From the NCBI GenBank assembly GCA_964035575.1, contig OZ037840.1:434001-498000 (forward strand): a DNA stretch of 64,000 bases, read 5' to 3'. Below are positions 35,618-48,548 of the stretch, one piece after another. The position numbers and the translations under genes are program-made. The notes below the pieces were generated by a model. The model was not told where the DNA came from and did not search any database. It worked only from the letters and a program-made list of their open reading frames with translations. The stretch is from Rhynchopus sp. YZ270_cl-10. Its lineage: Eukaryota. Position 1 is the stretch's first letter. Each line of letters starts with the position of its first letter.

Positions 35618-38059
35618 CGATTGTGATCAAGGTGGCGGGCGAGAGGCTTAGGGTTTTACATTTTTTGATGTAAATGGCTAAATGGATGTGGGGTCCTCCC
35701 CTTCAGCCGGTCATTGTACCAAAGATACACTGTTCACGAGGGGGCATTTATTTTAAGTTTTTTTTGGTGACTATTTGAGTCGTTTGCAAAATCTCGTAGC
35801 TGGTCCAGAATGAGCAATATTAGGAATTATGCGTGCCTCATTTCAAAACCACACACACACACAGCTTGTTGCAGGGACTACAGCAATTGTAGCTGTGCAT
35901 GAGCAAGGCATCACAGAGTGGCGCCCCACGTTAACCAAGTATGTCTCCACCCACCCCCCTTAACCCCCCCTTTCCCCGATCGGTAGCTTTTTTAATAGTT
36001 TTTACACGACGGTTTCACCGTTTCGATTCCGTTGGCTTAGAACAGTAAAACCACAATTCAAGTCATTTACTTCACTGTAGTAGAGAACAGGGGGGAAACT
36101 GTTTCGCCCCTCCCTCGTAGACAAAAAAGCAAATAGTACATTTTTAAAGACCACCAAAACAAGAGCACAAAAACAGCAACACCTTTCGTTCAAGCACTCT
36201 CGTAGACATGCGAGGGGTTTATTTAGTGTCGCAAAACCAAGAAACGCCATCGTTTTCTTTTGAATACCTGTGTTCCAGTGTTCGGTGATGTGTTCATGTC
36301 CTTTCTCCAAAACCTTCCCTGCGCCCCCTTCCCCACGTCTATAGTGTATACATTAAACAAAATTAAACAGAGCACAAAACACTTTCAAAACAAACAATTA
36401 TTTTCAAACCCCCCCTTCCCCATCACAGGGCTTGCACCATATCCTGAGACAATGGTTTGTACAGAATTAACGCTCATGTGGGCAGGGTGTGCCTCATGAC
36501 CAGGGTGGTGAAACATCGATGCCAGTCGTATGCTAAACAAAAGCAGAGTGCCAAACGAAAACAAAACACACAGTACAATAAGGCTTCGGCCAACATTGAG
36601 TACAGACCCCCCCTATTTACTCTCCCCCCTACCAAAAGTGGGTAACTCATTGGGAGATTGCTGACAAAAAAGAGGAAGATTCCTGGGGGTGTATTGTTTA
36701 GTGCCCTCAACCCACAACCCATCCAGCAGTCCTCAGCCAGTTGGGTGGTGGCGGCACTGCCTTCCCATACGGCTTGTGGGGTGTATGCGAACTTTACCTT
36801 CCCAGCGGGGGTACGTCTCTTGGGGGTTGGGGTTCGCTGTGATGGTTCCAACGTCGATGCAGGTCCCCGGGTGTCATATCTTCTGCACTCGCTGCTGCTC
36901 GCACCAACATCACGAGCGGGGTTTTTTCTTTTTTTTATTCCGTTACATTTAGTGCACCCTATTATACCATCTATTCAGTAGAATAGTTAGTATATGAAAC
37001 AATTATTCCGAATCTTGCTTCAAAGGAGAAATAGTATTACCGGGTACGGTCGCCAAATCATCAAATAGGAGGATTCAACGAAAACAACTTTACCTACCCC
37101 GATCCTATTTTCTTTTTTTTTCCTATTCTCTTTTTACTTTGGGGATCTCCCTTCGCTTCTGCTGTGGTAGCTCTCCCACGAAGCAACATCAGATATTTCT
37201 GAAATTCAGAGAAAAAATAGCTAAAAAGATAGTGGAGCTCATCCTATGACTAATACAACGAAGTTTTCAAATATAAAAAAGGGTCCATCATTGGTGTGCC
37301 CCCCCCAGGATGGGGGGGTTTTTTTTTCCAGGTACAAGCAAAACACTCATCATAGTATGGAGCATCGCCAGACAGTTTAACGTCTTGTACAGGACCTTTG
37401 GATATGATTTTTCCTTTTGTTCCCTTCATTTTCCCCTTTTTTTTTGAAACAAAAGGAAGGTATTTGCTGCGTGGAAATCACACGGAAGAAAAAAAAAAAG
37501 TGAGGTGGCTAAACATCGTCAATTTATCAAAAACTGACAGTGGAGATTGCACAAAACTGTGGCTACACAACCGAGGCAACTACACTACTCAAAACAATTT
37601 ATCAAAAAAAAAAAAAAACAAGAATGAAAATAAGAATCCAATACAAAAAGACCTTTTTGTCTTTTTAAGGCTTTTTTTTTCTCTCCCTTCCCTACTTTTT
37701 TTTTTTTTTTTTTTGTACTGAAAACCCCATTCCTTCCCCCAGCCCCATATTTTTTTTGACATGAATTTATTGCCAAAATTGAAAAGAACGACAAAGAAAA
37801 GAAAAAAAAAATGCGAAACAAAGTATCAGACCGGACAGAGTCGTTTAACTCCGATATATTTTGTCCAGGTCATCAGGGAGGGGATTTTTTGAGGCGACTA
37901 AGCAGGTCCATCTTACAAAAAAACTTTTTTTTTTCTTCTCCAACATAACGCTAGATAGAGGGCCACAGAGTGGTGACATGAAACAGTGGTCGCGCTAATT
38001 ATGGGAAAAAATGGGGAAAAAATGGATTTCGGGTACGGAAAAACGTTCCTTGAAAAGGT

Positions 38060-38860
38060 TAGCTGGGGAGGCCCGGAAACCCCGTTTTGTGGCATTTCCG
38101 GGCCAATCCCGGCTTGTGGTGGGGTATATACGGAAAAATGGACAAAATTTTAGTGACTTAAATTTTCGCAAAATATGAACCCATACTCGTAAACAAGGGT
38201 CATTTTCAGGAAAATTCGGAAAATTCCGAGATTTGGAAGCAATTTTTCTCCTGAAAATCAGTGGGTTTTCAGCCCCAAAACATACCGCGATTGGAATTTC
38301 CGGAATCCGTCCGCGCTGTGGTGGGGTCACTTTGCCGAAATGGCCAATTTTTTGGTTTTGGTCAAAATCCATGTAGGGTAAAGAGGGCCAATGTAAATCC
38401 CACAACCAGATTTTCTCTCCCTGATCCTGACGTCTTGCAACATGAAAATGCGCGAAAACACCGGCATTTGCATTTCCGGAATTCGTCCGTTCTGTGGTGG
38501 GGTCAATTTGCCGAAATGGACAAGTTCTTGGTTTTGGTCAAAACCCGTCAGTGTAAGGTAAAGGGGGCAAGTGTTTGCCTGTAGAAACTGGAAGGGAACA
38601 GGCAGCGCCGCAGGCGCACGGTAACCAACTATTTTTTTTTTTTCCTTTTCTTTTTTCTCCTCTTTCTTTTGACTTTCCGAGCCAATTGCGTTCCACGGCG
38701 GGGTCACATGTATATGCAAGTCCACTATGTGGTGGTCTTACTCAACAATATTAGAACTTCTGGTTTCTTAATGAAATCCCCGTACTGCAAAAAAAAAAAC
38801 GTTCCTACCAAAACCCCCAAAAATCCCGGGATGAGGGATGGACTTTAGCGCGAGCTCTGC
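38060..38860 (+). repeat. Dispersed ~1-kb repeat family with GCGCCGCAGGCGCACGGTAC core
   Basis: Blocks shared with 55135-56240 and, inverted, with 59302-60324. The core motif also occurs near 39160 and 44033 on the minus strand. Confidence 0.85.
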
Positions 38861-39843
38861 ATGAAATGATTTTTTTTTTTTTGTATTTTTTTTGAAGATT
38901 TGATGTGTTCTCACGCTTTCCTCTCCCCAGAGTCCGCGGAACACCCCCGTTCACCCCGTCCCGGACGGGGGTCAATTATTTTCCAAAAACCGACCCCCGT
39001 CCCAAACCCCCGTCCAGGGACGGGGGTTTTGGATTTTTTTTGGGGGGGGAGGAGGGGCCCATATTATGGGGAATTTTTTGAGATACCATCGAGCCGGACT
39101 CAATTGGTCAAACGTCGAAGGAAAAGGAAGCACGCAGCACGGCGAAAGGAAAAAAGTAGAGTACCGTGCGCCTGCGGCGCAAGCCTGCATCACACCATTC
39201 CCGTGACATTGTTTGCCTGTAAAAATGTACAATTTTAAGCGCATTTTTTTTGAAATGTTGCGTACCGTGGCTTCGCTTGGAACCTTTGGGTGACATACCG
39301 CCGTTTCTTTTGTAAAAAAAACTGAGGTTACTGATAATTCGTGCACCATGTGCCTGGTGCAAATATCAATAAAGTGCCGAACTCCGCCGTCGGATAACCG
39401 AGCAATTCTCACATTCCGCCGGAGGCCCCCAACTTGAGCTGGGGTGGGGACCCGGGCGCGCGAAGCGCGCCCGGGCTCGACCGAGTTTTGATCTTCTTCT
39501 TCCTGTGACTAGCTTGTCAGCGGAGAAAGCTCGGGAGAGGTTTTTTTTTTTTTTGTTTTTTGGGCGGGACGGGGGTTGGAAGGGGGTGCATAATTAATTT
39601 TCGGGGGAGGTCCGCGGGCTCTGCCTCTCCCCTTTGTTTTTTTTTTGAATGTCCTCAAACAAAATTTCCCCTGGTTCCTTGTGAAAACAATCATTATAAT
39701 ATGTTGAGCGGAAATATGGGCATTTCCTAAGCGTGAACCATTGCCCATTTGCAATTACTGGAATTAAGTGTGTTTTTTTTTGTTTGCTCCACAGCGCTGC
39801 TCTGCAAATTGCGTTGTTTGGTTTTAGACTATCACATTCGGAA

Positions 39844-39952
39844 AGCTTTTACCCCCCCCATCTGAGATTTCTGTTGCTTACTGAGCTTGCCTTAGGGCAC
39901 CTTGCGTTCATGTGTGTAACAGAGGTGTCGCCCCAGCCAAACTCCCCACCTG
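39844..39952 (-). pseudogene. Degenerate LSU (28S-type) rRNA fragment
   Basis: Reverse complement reads CAGGTGGGGAGTTTGGCTGGGGCGACACCTCTGTTAC...AACGCAAGGTGCCCTAAGGCAAGCTCAG...ACAGAAAT, matching the conserved LSU domain V segment. Confidence 0.85.
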
Positions 39953-40083
39953 CCCCACCCCGTTACGATATGTCTATTATCAAATAAAAACCTTTTCACA
40001 GTGCTGAACTTCGATATTACGCGGACATAAAGTGTTCACAGGGGGTCAAAAACAAAGGGGTAGACAAAAAAAAAACCCACAAA

Positions 40084-40162
40084 GGCTTCGGCCAACATTG
40101 AGTACAGACCCGAATTATCCCACCTGGTGGGATTACTCGGCGATTGTCGACACAACAAAAAA
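40084..40162 (+). repeat. Short structured A-tailed repeat (family 3); copies at 36582-36670, 41883-41955, 53946-54014
   Basis: UUCG-type hairpin, then CAGA-[variable hairpin]-GATTGTC..AC.AC(A)n, shared across copies. Confidence 0.65.
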
Positions 40163-41593
40163 TACTTGAAAGTGAGACTTTGGGATTTTGTTGTGGTGAT
40201 ATATTTTGCAAAAAAAAAAAAGAAAAGCTCATTTCCTTTTGTTTCGCACCTCCCTCCCGTTGGCTGCTTGCCTCAGAATTTTATTTTTCTATTACATAGG
40301 CTAGTTGTTTGGGGTTGCTATTTTTTTATGAATGTATTTTTTGAGGCTGCGGTCTACGAAAAAAGGCGCTAGTAGAGTAGTCATGACCGATCAGTTGGTA
40401 TAATGTTATGGTTAGTCGCAGGGAGTTTCTTGGGCCCCTGAAGACGAATTTTATTGTACCAGCCACGGAACATTTTTTCCCCCTCTTTTTGTATACCGTT
40501 TTTTTTCTTTTTGAAGTTGACCCAGACAGAGTTAGTGTGAGACCTGAACAGTTGACCCTCCCCCCTCCCTGAAGTTATTATTATTTTGCGAACAGCCTGA
40601 CCCTCAACAAAAAACAAGTAATTGCTATCGGAAAAAAAACGGGGTGTGATGTGGAACTCCATCCTGTAGAAATAATCTACAACACGCCCAGCATTCTGCT
40701 CTTCTGCAGGTATGCTAACGCTCTTCGTACGCTGACAGACCCACTGGGACGCCAGCATCTGAAACGTTCAAGAAGGGGGGCTGTCCTCTTCATCCAGCAC
40801 CATCTGCTCGATAGCGTTGTTGGACGTCGGCTCGGCAGGCTCGGCGTGTTCCAGCTCGTAGTTGTCCACAGGCTCCCCACATTGTCGTCGTCGTTGGAGC
40901 AGTGCGGAAGGAACACAGAATGCACAGACTACAACACATCGATCACACCAGGCGCATCAGCACCTCCAGCAAATCGCCAGGATGCTACGGTGGCTTCGAA
41001 AATCGCGCGGAGTTTTCCACAGCACACCCCGCTTTTTTCTTAGCAATTAGTTGTTCTTGTTGTTATTGTTATTTTCAACCACCTTCCTTCAACCCTTGTA
41101 GGGATCAGTTGTTATTTTTTTCGCGAAAACATGAAATTATACATTTCAAGAGAACAAATTAAAAAGGGTCCTTATTTGCATTTTTGGGCTCCGCCCGTGC
41201 AGTGGTGGGGTCAATCTCGAAAATTGGACAATTTTTTGACCACTTAAATTTTGAGAAATATGAGCCCGGTTGCTTATACGTGGGGCCCATTTTCGGCTAA
41301 AATTTTCCTCAAAATCTGGTTTTGTAAAATTGACCCTTTACTCCCCCCCCACATCGATTTCAATACTATACCTTACTTCACCTACGGTTGCCCTTACAGG
41401 GGGGTGAAGGAAGGTAAGTTGAAAAATTGTCTGCGAATAAGGGTATGTCAGTTGCTGTTCCTGTGGGGGGAGGGAGGGAGTGAGGGATGGTAAATGTGTT
41501 GCGACTGGCTTTCTGATGTACTGTACACAAGTTAGTTAGGAAAATTTTTTTTTTTTTTGCCTCGATTGCTTGTCATTTTTGATGAGTGACAAC

Positions 41594-41745
41594 CCCCTTT
41601 TTTTTTGCCAGTTGTGTTTGTGTGCACGTTTAGAGAGTTCAAAAGAGGAAGGCAACCTCCCTCTTTTAGCCCCACCGACTCCATTTTTTTTGGATCTTCC
41701 AGGACAGTATATGGTCCGTTACCTAAGAAAGGAATAGAAAAAAAA
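41594..41745 (+). repeat. Dispersed ~150-bp repeat; second copy at 53350-53493
   Basis: Shared CCCCTTTTTTTTGCCAGTTGTGTTTGTGTGCACGTTTAG...CCAGGAC...AAGGAAT.GAAAAA. Confidence 0.8.
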
Positions 41746-43438
41746 GGTTTCAAATTTTTTCAAAAAAAAAAACAGCGGACAGTGGAGATTGCACAAACTG
41801 TGGCAACACAACCGAGGCAACTACACTACTCCAACAATTTATCAAAAAAAAAAGCAAAATCTATACCTTTTGAAATTCATTAGCCTTCGGGCGACTTTGT
41901 GTACAGAACCCGTCCTCGGACAGGGTGATTGTCGAAACTACAAAAAAAAAAAAAATGTGGCTATTCTACTGGTGCACAATACGTACATCATTAAGGTGAT
42001 GTACTCTCAATATGTCTCTCGCCACCGTTAGAGGGTAGCATAATGGGACGGTGCTCTGTATACCTAACCACATGCCTTCAAAAGAGCTGTCAAGCTTTAC
42101 CAGCTCTTTCAAGGCCTTTTTCGTTCCCCTTCCCCCCCTTTTTTTTTTAAATTTTCTACCCCAGTTGGGTGCAGCAAAAAATAAAAAAGCTCAGTTTTTT
42201 CTTTTTCTTTTTCTTTTTTTATTTGGGTCGTTTTCTCAGTACTAGCCCCAGTTCTTTTTTTTTTTGTTTTTCAAAATTTTTTTTTCCTCCCTCCAGGTCT
42301 GTGTGTGTCTCCCATGGGTCTCTGTGGGCTTATTCATCTTACAAGTTTTCTATTTTTACAGTAACGCAAAAATAAGCAAAAAAAAAGGAAAAAAAAAAAA
42401 AAGGTCAGAAACAGAGGTTTCCCAATTGTCTAATATATGTGTGAGCACACTCCCCTTTCGGATGAAGGTGTGCTGTTCTGTAATGTAGTTTCTAGCTTTT
42501 TTTTCAAACGCGACGCCTTCATCAGGTGAACGCCCCCCCCCAAACACAAAAAAAACAAACTCCTGAGAACCCCTTATCTGCGGGGGAAGATGTCTGTGAG
42601 CAAGCGCCTCAAAAGGCAATGCATTGAGCACAACTGAAGCAAAGATTGCTTGCGATCTGAGGCTGTTGCGTGAGTATGAAAGGGAACGTGGAGCTTGGCA
42701 ACTACACTATTCCAACAAATTTAATTAAAAAAAGGTAGATGTGACCGGGAAAATGAATTTTGTACCATTTTAGAATATGCAAAAGGAAAAAGAAAAGAAA
42801 ATAATGTTTTCCCTCCCTCCTCTCCTGTGTCCTCCTCCTTACTTTCTGTTGTATATGAGAACGGATAGGGATTGGTGTAAACACCGCCAGAACATGAAGA
42901 GTTTTTTTTTTTTTTTTAAATATTTTTCCTGTGCAAAAAAAAAAAAACCCTGACAGTGGAGATTTGCACAAACTGTGGCAACACAACCGAGGCAACTACA
43001 CTACTCACCTCCCCCCTTTTTTTGTGACATTCATTCCTGTGAAGAAAAAACCGTGGCTTCTATCTAGTGATAGTAGTCTATAGTCAAACAATTTTTTTTT
43101 TTTGTGACCTCCAATCACATTGTTACTGTATCAAGACTGCTTTGTCCTTCCCACCTTTGAGGTGCACTTAGCATGGGGAGACTCAGAATCATCTTTCAAT
43201 TTTTTTTTTCCCGTTTTTATTTTTTTTTAAATACTGCACATCCCAAAATTGTACATCCCTAAATTCACCCCCAAACAATGTTCATCCCAGACTAGCAATG
43301 TCTGTACAACATTAGCCAAATGCCTTAAGGCACCTTCTTTTTTCGGGCGGTTTGCGCCGGGGGGGGGGTTACGCTCCGAGCTCAATTTTTTTTTTCCTTC
43401 TTTTCGCTGAGATTTCGGGTCCTGGAGACTTCCTCTCC

Positions 43439-43579
43439 TAAGGGTGGCAGTATTGTGATGGGAGCCCATTGGAATCCGCAAAATACATCAAAATACATCA
43501 CAATACACGATGTATTGTGATGTATTGTGATGTATTTTGCGTATTCCAATGGGCTCCCATCACAATACTGCCATCATTA
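43439..43579. mobile_element. Palindromic MITE (8-bp TSD family), copy 1
   Basis: Fold-back arms GGTGGCAGTATTGTGATGGGAGCCCATTG; flanks TCCTCTCC/TCCTCTTT (6/8 match); same family as 60580-60708. Confidence 0.85.
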
Positions 43580-46500
43580 TCCTCTTTCTCCCCCCCAAGA
43601 TGTGGCAGGGGCTTCATGCCTCTGGCCCTGATCTGACGTAGGATTTCTTTTTCTTTTTTCTTTTTTCTCTTTTTTGTGTGTATGTTGTACAGAAATAAGC
43701 CCTTCACCAGGCGACGATTTTTATTATTAAAAGATGTGCCTGTATGAGAGAGACGTTCATCTTTTCAAGATTTTCTTCTTCTTCTTCTTCTTCTTTGTTA
43801 TTTCAAAACATTCCAAAATAAAAATCAGGCACTCCGCTAGGTACTAAAGTTCTGTTGATTGTCAACAGAACTTTTTGAAAATGGGGAAAAAAAGAAAAAA
43901 AAAAAAAGTTCTGCTAAGTGGTTCAGACCCGTTCTACCTGTCAAAAAAGCTCAGGAGAAGAAGATATGGAGAGGTGAGTGCTCAAACGTCCCAAAAAAGT
44001 CAAATTCGGGCGTTGGTAAAAAAAAAAGTTGCGTACCGTGCGCCTGCGGCGCAAGCATGTACCCCACCAACGTGGACCATCAACAGAATATTTTCAAAAT
44101 CGGAAATCCTAGCGGAGAGCCTGATAAAAATGGAAAAAAAAAAAAAAAAAAAAAAAATCCCATCTGCACCACACACATTATCTCTCTCTCCTCTGCTACC
44201 TCTACCCCTCAAGTACGTATCAGTTTCAGTTCATTTGTCTCAAAAAAAAAAAAAAAGTAAAAGAAACCCCCCCCACTCCCAGCCTTTGCAAAACCTTTAC
44301 CCCTAAGCATCCCCGAAATCCTTCAAACCTTTTTTTAAAATACCTATAGACTCAGGGGTCCGCCTGGCCGGACTCAGGGGTCCGTCCTTTAGTCCGGCCA
44401 AAAGGGTCCGGCCATTTTGGTCAGACTCCACCGTGTACAAAGCATAGCTTTCAAAGAGAAATAGTATCCTCAGATACGCCAATCACCCAGCCCTCTAATA
44501 GGGGTAATTGAGCTATCAACGAAAAAAAAAAAAAACCTTTCGTTTTATCACGGATGCTGCCAGATCTGGCCAGATCTCCAGATCTGGGCCGCCCAGATCT
44601 GGCCAGATCTGGAAAATTTTTTTTTTTTTTTTTGAAAAAAAAATTTTCCCAGACGTCCCAGATCTGGCCAGATCTGGCCAGATCTGGCCAAATCTGGGAG
44701 ATCTGGGACGTCTGGGAAAATTTTTTTTTCCAGGTACCCCAATGACATAACGAAGTATCGCTTGAAGTACCGTTCAATATACGTTGCTCGTGTGTGCAAG
44801 TTACGAAGTAGGACACACAAGGTATATCAAACGATAAATCAATCAGATAAACGTTACATCATCGGAAAATTGTTGGCACCGCCGCCCTGTCTTCGTATTT
44901 ATTACGTCGACAGGCCAAACAGCGTTGGGCTCAGAAGAAGCAGTGCAAAACACTGGGGATCAACATGAGAACCAACTCCCAACAACACAGGCTACCGAAG
45001 TAGCAGGTGGGGTGTTGCGGGTGTTTGGGGTGAAAGAAAATCGATTTTGGTAAGTTCCAGCAGAAAATTCTTAAGTTTGCACAATTGAGAAGGGTGTTAC
45101 CACTGCCTAATATTATTCGTACATGTGAACCGGTAAGGTCGAGAAGGGTGGACACGGCATACAAGTACAAGTACAAGTAAGACGTACCTTCTACAAAGGC
45201 TGAATTCGCAATTCTTAAGGGATTGAATTCAGCCCCCACGTGGTGTTTTTGAGAAAATCATTCCATGGTATACAGCTAATGGTTCCCGAAGAATGATTCG
45301 CCCCTCCTCGTTCATGCAAACTTAAGAAAATTCTGAAGTAACTACAACCTGGCGTGCGGGTACAGATGCATTGCTTTGTTCTTTCCTCAAAGTCATGTGT
45401 GATCTCTCGGGTCTGTACTAAAGTCAGTGTTTAGATAAGCATCCACTTGACTCGTTCTAACAACCGTTGAAATCTAGAACAAAACAACACACTGCCCCTT
45501 CTCACACCAAGCCGCCATGCTTCAAGAGCATGCCCTGGGCAAAAATTACTCTGACAAAAATTGGTTTTCTGGGGGAACGCAATATTTTCTTGTGCCTAGT
45601 CCTCCGCAAGAGCAGAGGACAGACTTTCCGGATCCCGAAGTCGAATTTCTTGCACTAGCTATGCTCCCTGGGTTAAATGGCTATAGCAGTGACTGACTAA
45701 GAGTTTCATAATAATTAGGGTGGTCTATGGGTTAATAATGGAAAAGTTGGTATATAAACCCGACTTTTACGATCGCCACCTGGTTTTGAAATAATTGCAC
45801 CAGCTCTTCCGTCGGCACTGCTTCGCTGTCACGATGAAGGGTCGTAGGTTCGGGTACCTGTTAAGAGAAATTGAATGTAAAAGTAGAGACTACAACAAAA
45901 AAACAAACAAGAAGCCGCCCCGTACCCCTTAAACGTAAAAGTGACATTTTTGTAGACAAAAAAAAAAAAAAAATAGCTAAAAAGATCGGGTCTTTTGTTT
46001 GTGCGCTCAAAGCCGGGAAAACAAAAAGGTGAAAAAATATGTTAAACTGAAGTACGGTTGTTGTGGTTAATTGAGTACTCAAAGAAAACAAGCAAGCTTC
46101 TGTTTTTTTCAATCCGTTTTGTTTGCCCTGCAGCGCTGCCTCCAATCTTTTTAGAATTGACAACAAGTTGTTTTATCAAAAAAATAGCGGACATGTCGAA
46201 AAGGGAGAAAACCGGGGGGTTAAAAACATACCTTGCACTCGGCCCACTCTCCAGGTACAAAGAACATCACTGCACGACAAACCCATAGAAAATAACTATT
46301 TTTTACCGAACAGAAAGGTCGTTTTATTGATGAGTGTTTTCTGAGTGCACACTCAGGGGGACAAAATGCAACACTTACCGAAAAAATTCTCCAATCGGAC
46401 AAAAACCTTTCTAAACACCCAAAAAAAAACACCTCAGTCCACATCCGCTGGGGTCGCGAGATGGAAATATATGGTTTTACAGCTTTTAGGGGGTCTAGCG

Positions 46501-47314
46501 TGGGTCCCAGATGCATTTTGCAACGGGTCTGTGTGTGCCTCAACCGCTTCACAGTACCCTTTTTTGTAACTGAAAACGACGCATCCTGTACCTAAGTGCA
46601 CTGAAGCCTTGCTTGCGTCCTCCTTCGTGGTTTTGGGCGTTCGCACGCGAGAATCATTATCGCATTCTCACATGTAATTCTCGCATCACGGAGAGGATTT
46701 TAGCGTCACGTGACCACAAAAAAAGTGCACAAAATTAGTTTGGTCAAAAATCACCTTGCACTTGTGAAGGAATTGCTAAGGAAATGTGAAATATGCGTGT
46801 TTTGGTACACAAAAGTGCGTTTTGGGTGGTTCTGAAGGGTCAAAACACCAAAAAAATGCGTTTTTTTTGCATTTTTGGTCACCCAAGGACCCACTATTTT
46901 GGTTGATATTTTTTTTTTCCCTTTGCGAAAAAATACCCAAAAACCACGTCTATAAAAACGCTAAGGAAAAATCGATATTCATTTTTTGGGCAGAGAAGTG
47001 CGTTTTAGGCGCCCACAGATGGTCAAAACATCAAAAATTTTGTGTTTTTGGCATCTTTGGACACCCATGGACCCACTATCAGGGGTGAATTTTTTTTGCC
47101 TGAGATTTGCCTTTGCCAAAAATCGAAAAAAAAAATTATGAAGGAAATTGCTAAGAAAAAGTCGAAATTGTGGGCCCCTGTAGTGCATATGGCGGTACCC
47201 CAGATCGTCAAAACACCCGACTCTTGCGTTTTTTTGCACTTTTTGGTGCACAAAAACCCTACTCAGGGGTCAAAATTTTCCCGGATAAAAAAAAATTTTT
47301 TATATTACTCTGAT

Positions 47315-47532
47315 CACGGATGCTGCCAGATCTGGCCAGATTTGGGGGCCAATTTCCCAGATCTGGCTCGTTTTCCAGATGTCGAGATCTTGTTTCCAGA
47401 TCTGGCCAGATCTGGCCAGATCTGGGAATCTGGGAAAATCTTTTTTTCAAAAAAAAAAAAAAATTTTCCCAGATCTGGCCAGATCTGGGCGGCCCAGATC
47501 TGGAGATCTGGCCAGATCTGGCAGCATCCGTG
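47315..47532. mobile_element. 218-bp MITE of the same CCAGATCTGG family, nested in opposite orientation
   Basis: Both TIRs are present; TSD TCTGAT (47309-14 and 47533-38). Confidence 0.92.
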
Positions 47533-47789
47533 TCTGATAAAGTATACGTGGAAAATTTGGTAGTACACGAAAAATAAGGAAACACTTTATTTTACGCCCA
47601 GGCCAGCCGTAAAATAATGTAATACCCGTAAAACCTGTACAAAAATCCTGAGCGTAAAATAATATTACTTTATTTTACGCCCACGACCATTTTGGCTTTT
47701 TCGCCTGTAAAAAATTTTTTTTTCCCCGCAAAGACATTTTTCAGCCCCAAAAAAAAAATTTTTTTTTGGGCTCAGATGGGTCCAAATAG

Positions 47790-48017
47790 TGTGTCCGGCC
47801 TCGGTTGGAGAAAGTCGATCGTGGGCATTCAGACCCTGACAGGCTGTACTCAATTCCAAAATACCAAGCTGATCACCTCAAACTGCCCAACGCAGCTACA
47901 TACACGGGGCACTGCTATCGCCGTAGTGCTGCGCAATACCTCGTTGACAGCGGACTCTCAACAGAGGGGATGAAACGGAACTTCGGCTGGAAAAGTGAAT
48001 CCATGGTGAACCGCTGC
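47790..48017 (+). pseudogene. Crypton-like tyrosine recombinase C-terminal relic (frameshifted)
   Basis: KSIVGIQTL / IPKYQADHLKLPNAATYTGHCYRRSAAQYLVDSG...KRNFGWKSESMVNRC shows the H-x-x-R and GW box II motifs of eukaryotic YR elements. The expected catalytic Tyr codon is TGC (Cys). Confidence 0.8.
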
Positions 48018-48409
48018 GGAATACGGCGCGTTCGACCCGTGCCCAACGCGAAGTCTCCTCTCTTTTTGTGAGGCAACCAGGTCTTTCTGCGGCTCCAAGT
48101 CCTCTCGAGGTGCCTACCCAAGTCTCTCCAAGCTCTGCTGTGGTGCCAACTCAAGTCCACAAGGTGGAAATCTCGATCACCGTGAAGAACAGCTAATGAC
48201 GAGGCACAGAAGACAAAACCATCAATAAATGCAAAAAAGTAAACAGCAACATCATCACAAAAATAAAGTATACCCACCCTCTCCCATTTTGTGTACAAGC
48301 CAGTCGCACGAACCCCACCAACAGGAACAACGACACACTGGACACATATTCGGGGTACAATGATTATTTTCCACTTATACTTTCTCAATGTAAAATAAAA
48401 CTCTGTATA

Positions 48410-48548
48410 AAATAAAAATCAGGCCAGATTTTCCTTGTGAAGGTGTTTTTTCACTCGTTTCTAATACTGCACTCGCTGCGCTCGTGCAGTATAATCACTC
48501 GTGAAAAAACACCTCCACGCGTAAAATCAGGCTATCTGATTTTTATTT
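48410..48548. repeat. ~140-bp fold-back, probable terminus of the YR element
   Basis: Nested arms AAATAAAAATCAG/CTGATTTTTATTT, AGGTGTTTTTTCAC/GTGAAAAAACACCT and ATACTGCAC/GTGCAGTAT. Confidence 0.85.

Noticed and set aside
44760..46700. Transposase within the 4.4-kb TIR element
   Set aside because: Only short ORFs without a recognisable DDE or zinc-finger motif.
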